Shown here piece by piece: positions 29,226-38,420 of a stretch of DNA of 45,860 nucleotides. The position numbers and the translations under genes are program-made. Location of the stretch: contig CAVKZU010000020.1 of assembly GCA_963660725.1 (NCBI GenBank), positions 1-45,860 of the forward strand, in the 5' to 3' direction. Within the stretch, counting starts at the first letter, position 1. Every line of letters begins with the position of its first letter. Source of the DNA: Lachnospiraceae bacterium. Lineage in GTDB: Bacteria; Bacillota_I; Bacilli_A; RFN20; CAG-826. The notes beneath the pieces were generated by a model. The model worked only from the letters and a program-made list of their open reading frames with translations, made no database searches and was not told the DNA's origin.

Positions 29226-30218
29226 ATGGCAGAAATGGAAAATGTATTAACAATTACACACCCTTTCGAAAAACTTACAACATCAATCGTTTTCGAAGAT
29301 GAAACTGAAAATTATGCAAAGATTGTTTGCGAACCTTTAGAAAGAGGTTTCGGACTTACAGTTGGAAACGCTTTAAGAAGAGTTTTATTATCAACTCTTC
29401 CTGGTACAGCAGTCTATGCTATTGAAGTTGAAGGAGCAGTACATGAATTTACTGCTTTAGATGGAATTGAAGAAGATTTAACTCAAATCATCTTAAATTT
29501 AAAAGAATTAGTATTAAAATCTGATACATTCGAAGATGCTGAATATGAAGCAGTTGTCGATGTTCAAGGTCCTTGCAAATTAACTGCAAAAGATATACCA
29601 CTTCCTACCGGTGTTAGTGTAGTTAATGGCGATTTAGAAATTGCTAATGTTGCAGATGGTGGACATTTACATATGGTTCTTCACATTAAGAATGGTCGTG
29701 GTTTTGCAACTAGTGAAGAAAATAAACAATTCCTTACAAGTAAAGGATTGATTGCTACAGATAGTAACTATTCCCCAATTGTTCGTGTTAACTACAAAGT
29801 TGAAGGAACTCGTGTAGGACACGATTCAAGATTTGATAAACTTGTACTTGAAGTTTGGACAAATGGTTCAATTACTCCTAAAGATGCTGTATCTTTAGCA
29901 AGTACAATCTTAACAGATCATTTTATGAAATTTGCTGATTTAACAAAGAAATTTGAAAATGTTGGCTTAACTGGTGAAGATGCTAAAGTTGAAGCAGAAG
30001 CACCAATTGATAATGTATCAATCGAAGAATTAGACTTAAGTGTTAGAAGTTACAATTGCTTAAAGAGAGCATCTATTGCAACTTTAAGTGATTTAACTCA
30101 AAAAACTGAAGCAGAAATGATGAAAGTTAGAAACTTAGGTAAAAAATCTTTAAAAGAAGTCAAAGATAAATTAGCTGAAAGGGGTTTACATTTTAAAGAT
30201 AGTAAACTCGATGACTAA
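29226..30218 (+). CDS. rpoA: DNA-directed RNA polymerase subunit alpha
   Basis: ATG at 29226 after AAAGGAGGGG. GNALRRVLLSTLPG; C-terminal domain ELDLSVRSYNCLKRA. The tracked ORF start at 29178 lies inside rpsK. Confidence 0.95.
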   Translation: MAEMENVLTITHPFEKLTTSIVFEDETENYAKIVCEPLERGFGLTVGNALRRVLLSTLPGTAVYAIEVEGAVHEFTALDGIEEDLTQIILNLKELVLKSDTFEDAEYEAVVDVQGPCKLTAKDIPLPTGVSVVNGDLEIANVADGGHLHMVLHIKNGRGFATSEENKQFLTSKGLIATDSNYSPIVRVNYKVEGTRVGHDSRFDKLVLEVWTNGSITPKDAVSLASTILTDHFMKFADLTKKFENVGLTGEDAKVEAEAPIDNVSIEELDLSVRSYNCLKRASIATLSDLTQKTEAEMMKVRNLGKKSLKEVKDKLAERGLHFKDSKLDD

Positions 30219-30229
30219 GGAGATTCGAA

Positions 30230-30625
30230 ATGCAAATTGGTAGAAAGAATGTTCACGGTAAAGGTGGCGTAAGATTTAAAACTCCATATACTTCATCAAA
30301 GAAGAAAGGTCAAGTTCGTAACCTCGTTACAGAATTAGTTTTATTCGAAAAAGTTACTGTTACTAGTGGTATGGTTAAAGATGTCATCAAAGAATTTGAT
30401 CACTTAATTACTTTAAGTAAAAAAGGTGATTTACACTCAAGAAGACAAGCAATCGCTATCTTAAGAAAATATGATGTCGAAGGCAAAAATGATGCTTTAG
30501 ATAAATTATTCAATGACTTAAGCAAGAGATTTGCAAACCGTAATGGTGGATATTTAAAAGTCTATAAGTTAGAAAATCGTAAAGGAGATAATGCTCCTGT
30601 TAGATTATTAACTTTAGCAGACTAA
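30230..30625 (+). CDS. rplQ: 50S ribosomal protein L17 (divergent N-terminus)
   Basis: Conserved position after rpoA; VRNLVTELVLFEKVTVT...NRNGGYLKVYKL..RKGDNAPV. Confidence 0.88.
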   Translation: MQIGRKNVHGKGGVRFKTPYTSSKKKGQVRNLVTELVLFEKVTVTSGMVKDVIKEFDHLITLSKKGDLHSRRQAIAILRKYDVEGKNDALDKLFNDLSKRFANRNGGYLKVYKLENRKGDNAPVRLLTLAD

Positions 30626-30645
30626 TTATAATAAATATTAAAAAT

Positions 30646-30681
30646 AAAGTGTTATTTAAGAAATTAAATAGCACTTTTTTG
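30646..30681 (+). terminator. intrinsic terminator ending the ribosomal supercluster
   Basis: AAAGTGTTATTTAA-N3-TTAAATAGCACTTT followed by TTTT. Confidence 0.8.
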
Positions 30682-30703
30682 TTACTTTGATTAAAATATT
30701 TAT

Positions 30704-31339
30704 ATGGAAAAATTTATTGTTTTTGATTGTGATGGAACATTGCTTAACACTCTTCCTGGCATTAAAGAAGCGCTAAATGTAACGCTAAAAGAGTTAAATT
30801 TAAATTATGAATATAATTTAGAAGAAGTTAAAAATTTCATTGGAGGAGGCGTTAAAAGATTATTTAACTTAGGATTAAAAAGAGATTTTAATGATGATGA
30901 ATTAAACTTAATGTTAAGTAATTATAAAAAATATCAATATCTTGCAAAACCTTATGATAACGTTATAGAAACTTTAAAATATTTAAACGAAAAAGGAATT
31001 AAGTTATTTGTATATTCGAATAAACCTCATGATTTATTAAAAGAAGTTATTGATATTAATTTTCCTAAAGATTTATTTATAGAAGTTCAAGGTGATAATT
31101 TTATATATAAAAGAAAACCTGATCCAGAATATTTAAATAGTTTATTTAAAAAATATAAATTAAATCTTAAAGATGGATATTATATGGGCGATAGTATTTT
31201 TGATTTAGAAACTGCAAGAAATGCTAATTTAAAAGCGATTATATATACTAATGGATTTGGGGATTATGAAGAAATAAAAAATAAAAATCCTGATTATATG
31301 ATCAAAGATTTTAATGAATTAAAGGAGATTATAAAATGA
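30704..31339 (+). CDS. HAD-superfamily phosphatase (Gph/PpaX-like)
   Basis: Motif I FDCDGTLLNT, motif II SNKP, KPDPE, motif IV GDSIFD. Confidence 0.8.
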   Translation: MEKFIVFDCDGTLLNTLPGIKEALNVTLKELNLNYEYNLEEVKNFIGGGVKRLFNLGLKRDFNDDELNLMLSNYKKYQYLAKPYDNVIETLKYLNEKGIKLFVYSNKPHDLLKEVIDINFPKDLFIEVQGDNFIYKRKPDPEYLNSLFKKYKLNLKDGYYMGDSIFDLETARNANLKAIIYTNGFGDYEEIKNKNPDYMIKDFNELKEIIK

Positions 31340-31758
31340 GTGAAAATGAAGAATTAATTTTTGGATTAAAGATGTGGATTAATAAAGGAATAAGCTATTT
31401 AGGAGAAGAATCTCCTGAAGAGTTTTTTAATGATGATAAAAGCTTTGACGCATGTTCTTATTGTCTTGTTGTAATTAGCGATATTGCAAAAGAAATATTT
31501 TTTAATGACGATAAAAGTTTTGACGCATGTTCTTATTGTCTTGTTGTAATTAGCGATATTGCAAAAGAAATATCTAAAAAAGAAGAAATTACTAAAACAT
31601 TTGAAGAATTAAATTTTGAAGAATTAGGTAATGTATATTCTTCAATTTTTAGTGGATCTAATATCAATTTATCAATGGTTTATGAACTTTTTAAAGAAGG
31701 GTTCCCATTACTTTTAAAAGTTCTAGAATCAAAAGAATTACCTTCTGCTAACAAGTAG
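31336..31758 (+). CDS. hypothetical protein, possibly a degenerate DUF86/HepT-like (HEPN fold) protein, with an in-frame 25-aa tandem duplication
   Basis: ATGA overlap with the HAD gene. The pattern EEFFNDDKSFDACSYCLVVISDIAKEI...MVYELFKEGFPLLLKVLE resembles DUF86 helices, but no R-x4-H motif is present. The family assignment is tentative. Confidence 0.5.
   Translation: MSENEELIFGLKMWINKGISYLGEESPEEFFNDDKSFDACSYCLVVISDIAKEIFFNDDKSFDACSYCLVVISDIAKEISKKEEITKTFEELNFEELGNVYSSIFSGSNINLSMVYELFKEGFPLLLKVLESKELPSANK
31423..31572 (+). repeat. 75-bp direct tandem duplication (2 copies, 2 mismatches, in frame)
   Basis: Copy 1 is 31423..31497 and copy 2 is 31498..31572. The differences at 31434/31509 (GAT/GAC) and 31443/31518 (AGC/AGT) are both synonymous. 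Confidence 0.95.
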
Positions 31759-31770
31759 TTTTTTGATAAA

Positions 31771-31862
31771 CTATAAAGCAATGAGGGAGTAGAAAACTTC
31801 TTAAAAGAAGTGATATGTCAACATACTGGATTATTCCTGGCATACCTTAAAATTCGAGACTC
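31771..31862 (+). promoter_or_regulatory. yybP-ykoY (manganese) riboswitch
   Basis: Conserved AAAGCAATGAGGGAGTAG ... GGCATACC ... CGAGAC landmarks; directly upstream of mntP. Confidence 0.75.
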
Positions 31863-31900
31863 AATTTATATAAATTATTTTATATTTAATTGAGTTTTTT
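31860..31900 (+). terminator. riboswitch expression-platform terminator
   Basis: CTCAATT-N21-AATTGAG followed by TTTTTT; the 5' arm overlaps the aptamer 3' end. Confidence 0.6.
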
Positions 31901-31945
31901 ATTTGGTTTTTATAATTAAATATCTAATAATTTGAAGGAGAAATT

Positions 31946-32581
31946 ATGACTTGGTCGATTATATTACAAATTATTTTACTTGGTATCGCTTTAAGTATGG
32001 ATGCTTTTGCTGTTAGTGTTACAGATGGATTAACTTATACTGATATTGATAAGAAAAAATCTTTCTTTATTGCTATTGTATTTGGAGTAATGCAAGCTTT
32101 AATGCCATTACTTGGATTCTGGCTTGTTGAAGGAATTAGTGTTTTAGTTGGTGAAACTGGTGGAGCTCAAGCTGGAAAGATAATGAGTGATGTAGTTTCT
32201 TGGATTGCTTTTGTTTTACTTTTATTTATTGGTGGTAAAATGTTAATTGAAGCAATTAGAGAAATGAAAAAGCCTGTTGAAGAAAAAACATTAAAGAAAT
32301 TTTCTTATAAAGAAGTACTATATTTTGGATTTGCAACTGCAATTGATGCTTTAGGAACTGGAGTTGCTTTACATTCTGGACTTTCTACAAATGCAACTAT
32401 TTGGTTACACGTTGTAATTATTATGTGTATTACATTTATTATTTCTTTAATTGGATTATTCTTAGGACATCAAATAGAAAAATTATTTAAAGGCAAAATT
32501 GAAATTACATCTATTATTGGTGGTATTATTCTTATTTTACTTGCAATTTGGATTATTGTAGGACATTATTTAGGTGCTTAA
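31946..32581 (+). CDS. mntP: manganese efflux pump MntP
   Basis: 211 aa, 6 TM; LGIALSMDAFAVS and ATAIDALGTGVAL repeats typical of MntP/YebN. Confidence 0.88.
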   Translation: MTWSIILQIILLGIALSMDAFAVSVTDGLTYTDIDKKKSFFIAIVFGVMQALMPLLGFWLVEGISVLVGETGGAQAGKIMSDVVSWIAFVLLLFIGGKMLIEAIREMKKPVEEKTLKKFSYKEVLYFGFATAIDALGTGVALHSGLSTNATIWLHVVIIMCITFIISLIGLFLGHQIEKLFKGKIEITSIIGGIILILLAIWIIVGHYLGA

Positions 32582-32603
32582 AAGAGGGTTTACCTCTTTT
32601 TTC
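32582..32603 (+). terminator. intrinsic terminator after mntP
   Basis: AGAGG-GTTTA-CCTCT followed by TTTTTC. Confidence 0.6.
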
Positions 32604-32638
32604 TTTATAAAATATTTAAAAATATATATAATATATGC

Positions 32639-33055
32639 ATGATTATTATTTATACATCCCCATCATGTTCATCATGTAGAAAAGTTAAAAAGTGGTTTGA
32701 TGATCAAAAGATCCCTTACAAAGAAAAGAACATTTTTACAAGTGTTTTAAAAGAAAGTGAATTAAAAGATATTTTAAGTAAAACTGAAAATGGTACAGAA
32801 GATATTATTTCTACTAGAAGTAAGATTATTAAAGAAGGCAATATTAATATTGACGATATGAGTATTAACGAACTTATTCAATTTATTAAAGAAAATCCTT
32901 CTATTTTAAAAAGACCAATTATTGTAAGTGATGATAATTTACAAGTTGGATACAATAAAGAAGAAATTGAAACATTTTTACCACGTGCTAGACGTTATGC
33001 TGAATGTTCATGCCCATGTCATTTAGAATGTGGAAAATGTACTTGTAAGGATTAA
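32639..33055 (+). CDS. spx: Spx/ArsC-family redox transcriptional regulator with Cys-rich C-terminal tail
   Basis: Aligns closely with B. subtilis Spx from memory: IYTSPSCSSCRKVKKWF, ISTRSKI, ILKRPII, LQVGYNKEEIETFLPR. Has an extra tail AECSCPCHLECGKCTCKD. Confidence 0.88.
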   Translation: MIIIYTSPSCSSCRKVKKWFDDQKIPYKEKNIFTSVLKESELKDILSKTENGTEDIISTRSKIIKEGNINIDDMSINELIQFIKENPSILKRPIIVSDDNLQVGYNKEEIETFLPRARRYAECSCPCHLECGKCTCKD

Positions 33056-33056
33056 T

Positions 33057-33085
33057 AACTTGTTAGAAATAACAAGTTTTATTTT
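33057..33085 (+). terminator. intrinsic terminator after spx
   Basis: AACTTGTT-AGAAAT-AACAAGTT followed by TTATTTT. Confidence 0.75.
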
Positions 33086-33099
33086 GCTTATTTAACAAT

Positions 33100-33127
33100 A
33101 AAAAAATACGCTTTTTAGCGTATTTTT
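33100..33127 (-). terminator. intrinsic terminator after the CYTH gene
   Basis: Minus strand AAAATACGC-TAAAA-GCGTATTTT followed by a T-run. Confidence 0.7.
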
Positions 33128-33129
33128 CA

Positions 33130-33714
33130 TTACTTTTTAATTGATTCAAGTGCTCTAGTTTCTTTACTCTTTTGGTTATCTTTATATAAGATATTGCTAA
33201 CTGAGCATAATCTCTTTAAGTAATCTTTAGCTCTACTTAATGAGTTTCCAGAACATTCAAGTTCATAATCTACTAAATCATTGTATTGATTTTTATCGAT
33301 TGAGAAAGTAATACTTTCATCATCAACCATAATTTCTTTACGGTGAGTGATTAATTCAGTTTGAACTTTTAAAGTTTCAGGATCTTTACCTAACATTTTA
33401 ATAAATTCTTTAATATCACATTCTGGTAAAACACCTTTCTTTAAGAGTGCTTTAAATTGAACTTCTGTTAAAGGATTATTTTTTTCAAGTAAGCCTTCTG
33501 ACATTGGAGCTTTTAAAGTTAAAGTATAAATTCCATCTTTTAAACGGATTCTTAAACCAACTCCAATATTTTTTAAGTCAAAGTTGTCACTATCAATGTA
33601 GTAGTTATCTTGATCGTATTCTGCGATTACTTTTCCTGCATAAGTATTAACAATGTTTTCATATTCACTAGCATTAATTAAAACTTTTGCTTCAATTTCA
33701 ATATTTGTTGCCAT
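33130..33714 (-). CDS. CYTH-domain protein (YjbK-like triphosphate tunnel metalloenzyme)
   Basis: N-terminal EIEAKVLI (ExExK motif), 194 aa. The neighbourhood with spx and nadK matches the B. subtilis yjb region. Confidence 0.75.
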   Translation of the reverse strand: MATNIEIEAKVLINASEYENIVNTYAGKVIAEYDQDNYYIDSDNFDLKNIGVGLRIRLKDGIYTLTLKAPMSEGLLEKNNPLTEVQFKALLKKGVLPECDIKEFIKMLGKDPETLKVQTELITHRKEIMVDDESITFSIDKNQYNDLVDYELECSGNSLSRAKDYLKRLCSVSNILYKDNQKSKETRALESIKK

Positions 33715-33781
33715 AATTTTTTACACCTCAATATACCTAAATATGATACAATATTTTTAGATAAAAATATAGAGTTTTAAT

Positions 33782-34588
33782 ATGAAATTTGCGTGTATTA
33801 ATAGAACTGATGAGAATTCTAAAAAAGTAGAAAAAGATTTAATTAAAAAAATGATTGAAGAGGGACATATATTAGATGAACTTAATCCTGATGTTGTCTT
33901 TTCAATTGGAGGAGATGGTACATTTTTAAAAGTTGTAAATAAATTTTTAGATAAAGATGTAACATTTATTAATATCAATACTGGTAGTTTTGGGTATTTA
34001 TGTGAATTTGATGTTGAAGAAATATCATTACTTGTTAAAAATATTGAAAAATTTCCTAAAAAAGAAATTTCATTATTAGAATTAAATTTAAAGAACGATC
34101 CTAAAGAAGAAGATATTGATCCAAATTTTATGATTAGTGAAACTTTATACGCTGTAAATGAATTTAGAATTCATTCTAGACATGGAAAAACTTTAGCATT
34201 TAATGTTTATATTAATGATACATTTTTAGAAAGCTTAAGAGGAGATGGAATCATTATTTCATCTTCAATTGGAAGTAGTGGAATTGCAAGATCTCAAGGT
34301 GGTGCTTTAGTTGATAATGAAATTGAAATGATACAAGTAGTAGAAGAAGGACCTATATTAAATTGTAAATATGGATCACTTCATTCATCATTTGTATTAA
34401 GTAAAGAAAAACATATCACTTTAAAGAATTTTAATTATCCATTCCATATTTTCTATGATTCTTCATTTTTAGATTGTGATAATGTAAATTTATCATTAGA
34501 TATTAAATTATCATCTAAAAAGATTAAAATATTAAAAAATCCATATAAAAACTACATTGAAAAGACATCTAGATTATTTACTAAATAA
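33782..34588 (+). CDS. nadK: NAD kinase
   Basis: GGDGTFL motif, NEFRI, GDGIIISSSIGSSGIARSQGG. Confidence 0.9.
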   Translation: MKFACINRTDENSKKVEKDLIKKMIEEGHILDELNPDVVFSIGGDGTFLKVVNKFLDKDVTFININTGSFGYLCEFDVEEISLLVKNIEKFPKKEISLLELNLKNDPKEEDIDPNFMISETLYAVNEFRIHSRHGKTLAFNVYINDTFLESLRGDGIIISSSIGSSGIARSQGGALVDNEIEMIQVVEEGPILNCKYGSLHSSFVLSKEKHITLKNFNYPFHIFYDSSFLDCDNVNLSLDIKLSSKKIKILKNPYKNYIEKTSRLFTK

Positions 34589-35170
34589 TTATTTATAATC
34601 TAATTCTTTTAATATATTTATTAATTTTTCGCTTGGGAAGCCTATAACGTTATCTAGACTTCCTTTTATTTTATTTATTAAATGATATTTAAAGTCAAAT
34701 TGGATAGCGTAGCTTCCTGCTTTATCGTATACATTAATTTCTTTATCGTTAATATAATCTTTAATTAATTCATCGCTTAAATTATTAAAATAAACATATG
34801 TTATATCTTTATCGATGATTATTTTATTTTTATAAAAGATCGCAAATCCAGTGATTACTTCATGTTTAGAATTACTAAATTCTTTTAAGAATGAATACGC
34901 TTCAAAAAATGAAGTAGGTTTATTAAATATTTTATTATCTTTTGAAATAGAAGTATCCATACATAAAACTAAATCATTATTAATATCAAACTCATTTGAA
35001 TTATTTAATAAGATTGATTCAAGTTTTTTGAATGCTAAAAAAGAGGAATAGTCCTCTTTTATATCTTTAATACTTCTTTCATCAAATGTAGGTTTAATAA
35101 TTTTATATTCTAGATTAAACTTATTTATTAATTCAATTCTCCTAGGAGAAGATGATCCAAGTATTATCAT
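34589..35170 (-). CDS. maf: Maf-like nucleoside triphosphate pyrophosphatase
   Basis: IILGSSSPRRIELI, DKAGSYAIQ. Confidence 0.88.
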   Translation of the reverse strand: MIILGSSSPRRIELINKFNLEYKIIKPTFDERSIKDIKEDYSSFLAFKKLESILLNNSNEFDINNDLVLCMDTSISKDNKIFNKPTSFFEAYSFLKEFSNSKHEVITGFAIFYKNKIIIDKDITYVYFNNLSDELIKDYINDKEINVYDKAGSYAIQFDFKYHLINKIKGSLDNVIGFPSEKLINILKELDYK

Positions 35171-35172
35171 AT

Positions 35173-36861
35173 CTATTGTTTTTTATCTAAGATTAAAGGA
35201 ATAATCATTGGATTTCTTTGAGTTTTTCTAAAGTAATATTTACTGACTGCTCCTCTAATAGTATTTTTAATATCATTAAATGTAACACGTTTATTTTCAA
35301 ATAATTTCTTTAAACTTTCTTCAACCTTCATTGAAGCATGACGTGTTAAATGTTCTTCATATTTTCCATAACTAACGAATCCAACAGTAATAACTTTTGG
35401 AGGTGCAATTAATTTAGAATTTTTACTATCTAAACAGATTAAGACACTAACCATTCCATCATCTTGTAAGATTTTTCTATCTCTAATAACTGCAGTAGAA
35501 ACACCATTAATATCATATCCATCAATATAAATATCATCAGCTTGAATTCTATTTTCTGCTTCAATAATTTTATGATTCTTTAAAACTAAACAATCGCCAT
35601 TTGCAAGAATAAAAATATTTTCTCTTGGCATTCCAAGTTCATGAGCAATATCACCATGTAATTTTAACATATGGTATTCTCCATGAGCAGGCATAAAGTA
35701 TTTAGGTTCAAATAATTTTAAATTCATCTTTAATTCTTGTCTTGAAGGGTGACCTGAAGAGTGAATATCTTTAATAATTGAATTTGTAATAACATCACAT
35801 CCAAGACGTGTTAATCTATTAACAACACGTGCAATTGATGCACCATTTCCTGGAATTGGAGAAGAAGAGAAAACAACTGTATCTCCTGGTAAAACTCTAA
35901 TTCCTTTAAATGTACCATTTGCAATTCTATTTAATGCTGCCATTGCTTCACCTTGGCTTCCTGTACAAAGAATTAAAACTTCTGAATCTTTTAATGAATT
36001 TAAATCATCAACTTGTTTTAAATAATCTCCTGGAATTTTAATGTATCCAAATTTAATAGCACAATCAACAGCGTTAACCATTGATTTACCAACAATAATA
36101 CATTTTCTATTGTGTCTAACAGCACAATCTAAAATTTGTTGGATACGAGAAACGTTACTTGAGAAAGTTGACATAATAAGTCTACCTTCAGCTTTATCGA
36201 AAATATCGTTAATTGAATTTAAAACATTCTTTTCACTTGGAGTCCACCCATCTTTCATTGCGTTTGTGGAATCAGCGAGTAATAAATCAACACCTTCTTC
36301 ACCTATTCTTGAAATTTTATGTAATTCAATATCTGGACCAACTGGAGTTAAATCAATTTTAAAGTCACCTGTTGTAACAATTCTTCCTTCGCTTGTATCA
36401 ATACAAAAACCAAATGAATCAGGAATTGAGTGAGTAACTCTAAAAAATGAAATCTTAAAAGAACCAGCTTTAATAACATCATCACTAGAATATTCAACAA
36501 TTTTTACATTGAATTTAATTTTTTGATCTTCTAATTTTTGTCTAATTAAAGCTGCTGCAAGTTTTGGAGCGTATATGACAGGAATATTTACACTTTTTAA
36601 TAAAAATGGTACAGCACCAATGTGGTCTTCGTGACCATGAGTAATAAATAAACCTCTGATTTTATTTTGATGATTTTTTAAATGACTATAGTTTGGAATA
36701 ACGTAATCAACTCCAACTAAATCATCTTCTGGGAATTTAACACCAGCATCAATGATAATCAAATCATTTTCGTTTTCAATACAATATGTGTTTTTTCCAA
36801 CTTCACCTAATCCCCCAAGGGCGTAGATAAGTACCGGATTTCTTTTATTTTTTTCTTCCAT
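35173..36861 (-). CDS. rnj: ribonuclease J
   Basis: 562 aa; metallo-beta-lactamase HGHEDHIG, beta-CASP region, HSSGHPSRQEL. Confidence 0.94.
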   Translation of the reverse strand: MEEKNKRNPVLIYALGGLGEVGKNTYCIENENDLIIIDAGVKFPEDDLVGVDYVIPNYSHLKNHQNKIRGLFITHGHEDHIGAVPFLLKSVNIPVIYAPKLAAALIRQKLEDQKIKFNVKIVEYSSDDVIKAGSFKISFFRVTHSIPDSFGFCIDTSEGRIVTTGDFKIDLTPVGPDIELHKISRIGEEGVDLLLADSTNAMKDGWTPSEKNVLNSINDIFDKAEGRLIMSTFSSNVSRIQQILDCAVRHNRKCIIVGKSMVNAVDCAIKFGYIKIPGDYLKQVDDLNSLKDSEVLILCTGSQGEAMAALNRIANGTFKGIRVLPGDTVVFSSSPIPGNGASIARVVNRLTRLGCDVITNSIIKDIHSSGHPSRQELKMNLKLFEPKYFMPAHGEYHMLKLHGDIAHELGMPRENIFILANGDCLVLKNHKIIEAENRIQADDIYIDGYDINGVSTAVIRDRKILQDDGMVSVLICLDSKNSKLIAPPKVITVGFVSYGKYEEHLTRHASMKVEESLKKLFENKRVTFNDIKNTIRGAVSKYYFRKTQRNPMIIPLILDKKQ

Positions 36862-36923
36862 TATTTACCTCTTATTATAATTTCTATATAAATCTTGTTA
36901 ATAATATTTTAGTCTATTGCAAA

Positions 36924-37472
36924 TTAAAGTTCAATTGCACCTTTAATTTCCTTAAATGGATTATCTTTATCAATATGATCATAAAATAAAACACCTTTTA
37001 AGTGATCAATTTCATGTTGAGCAACAATTGAAAGATATCCAGTAAAAGTGTATTCTTTAAAATCATTTTTAAGTAAATCAAAACATTTAACTTTAATTTT
37101 ATTACTTCTATAGATTTTTCCAGGATGTGGATCATCTACACTTAAACAACCCTCTCCTCCCGCTAAACAACAAAGTTTAGTACTTTCAGAAATAATTTGA
37201 GGGTTAATTAAGATGTATTCAATCTCTTTTCCATCTTCATCAACATAATAAATTGCTAAAAGTTTGATATTTTTACCAATTTGAGGAGCAGCAATTCCTA
37301 CCCCACTTCTAACGTCTTTATGATTTTCTAAATATTCTTCATCTTGAGATAATTTCAAGTATTCTAACATCTCAAAACCTAATTTTTTAATATCCTCACT
37401 TAAAGGAAATGTTACATCAACAGATCTTTCTCTTAAACTTTTTTTATTATCTTTTACTATCTTAAAATTCAT
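36924..37472 (-). CDS. def: peptide deformylase
   Basis: GVGIAAPQIG, EGCLS, HEIDHLKG. Confidence 0.95.
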   Translation of the reverse strand: MNFKIVKDNKKSLRERSVDVTFPLSEDIKKLGFEMLEYLKLSQDEEYLENHKDVRSGVGIAAPQIGKNIKLLAIYYVDEDGKEIEYILINPQIISESTKLCCLAGGEGCLSVDDPHPGKIYRSNKIKVKCFDLLKNDFKEYTFTGYLSIVAQHEIDHLKGVLFYDHIDKDNPFKEIKGAIEL

Positions 37473-37551
37473 ACTAAAATATTATATAAATATTTTTTAT
37501 AATTTCAACTATTACATACAATTTATAGATACTTTTTGATATAATCTTAAT

Positions 37552-37884
37552 ATGAATTTAACCTTACTAGAAAAAATTGATAAATTAAATAAAGATATTT
37601 TAGATAGTCAAGAATATAAAGAATATATTGATAGTAAAAATAAGTTAGAAAGTGATGAAGAAGCGATTAGATTAACTTTAAAAAAAGATAAATTAATCAT
37701 GGAATATGAAGATAATTTGAAGTTTTCTTCTAGAAATGATTCAATGAATTTAAAGATTCAAAAAGAAATTAAAGAAGTAGTAGATACTTTAAATTCACTA
37801 GAAGTAGTTAAAAATTATAAAGAAAAAGAAAGTAAAATTAATGAAATTATAGATTTAATTAATAAAGAAATATTTGATATATGA
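37552..37884 (+). CDS. YlbF/YmcA-family (UPF0342-like) protein
   Basis: 110 aa, helical. The pattern ILDSQEYKEYIDSKNKLESDEEA and the position upstream of rsmD-coaD match the B. subtilis ylbF...ylbH-coaD arrangement. Confidence 0.55.
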   Translation: MNLTLLEKIDKLNKDILDSQEYKEYIDSKNKLESDEEAIRLTLKKDKLIMEYEDNLKFSSRNDSMNLKIQKEIKEVVDTLNSLEVVKNYKEKESKINEIIDLINKEIFDI

Positions 37885-38420
37885 TAAGAGTAAATGCAGG
37901 AAAATATAAAGGAAGAAAGATAGAAGAACCAAATCCATTAACAACTAGACCAAGTAAAGATATTGTAAAGGTTGGATTATTTAATATTATTAGAAATGAA
38001 GTACCTAACTCAATATTTTTAGATCTTTTTGCGGGTTCTGGTCAAATTGGGATTGAAGCGTTATCAAGAAACGCTAAAAAAGTATATTTTATTGAAAAAG
38101 ATAGAAATGCGTTTAAAATATTAAAGAATAATTTAAACTATATTCCTAATTTAGATTATGAATTATTTAATAATGATTATAAATTATTTTTAGATAATTC
38201 CTTGAATTTAATTAAATTTGATATTATTTTTGTAGATCCACCTTATAAAATGGAAATCGATGATGAATTTATATCTAATTTAATTAATAATTATTTATCT
38301 TTAAAAGGAATTTTAATATTTGAAAGAGAAGATAAATTTAATGAAGAATTAAATAATAAATATTCTTTTAAAGAATATAAATATGGAAGGAGTAAATTAT
38401 ATATTTATAAGAATTTATGA
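37881..38420 (+). CDS. rsmD: 16S rRNA (guanine966-N2)-methyltransferase
   Basis: RPSKDIVK, DLFAGSGQIGIEALSR, VDPPY. Confidence 0.9.
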   Translation: MIRVNAGKYKGRKIEEPNPLTTRPSKDIVKVGLFNIIRNEVPNSIFLDLFAGSGQIGIEALSRNAKKVYFIEKDRNAFKILKNNLNYIPNLDYELFNNDYKLFLDNSLNLIKFDIIFVDPPYKMEIDDEFISNLINNYLSLKGILIFEREDKFNEELNNKYSFKEYKYGRSKLYIYKNL

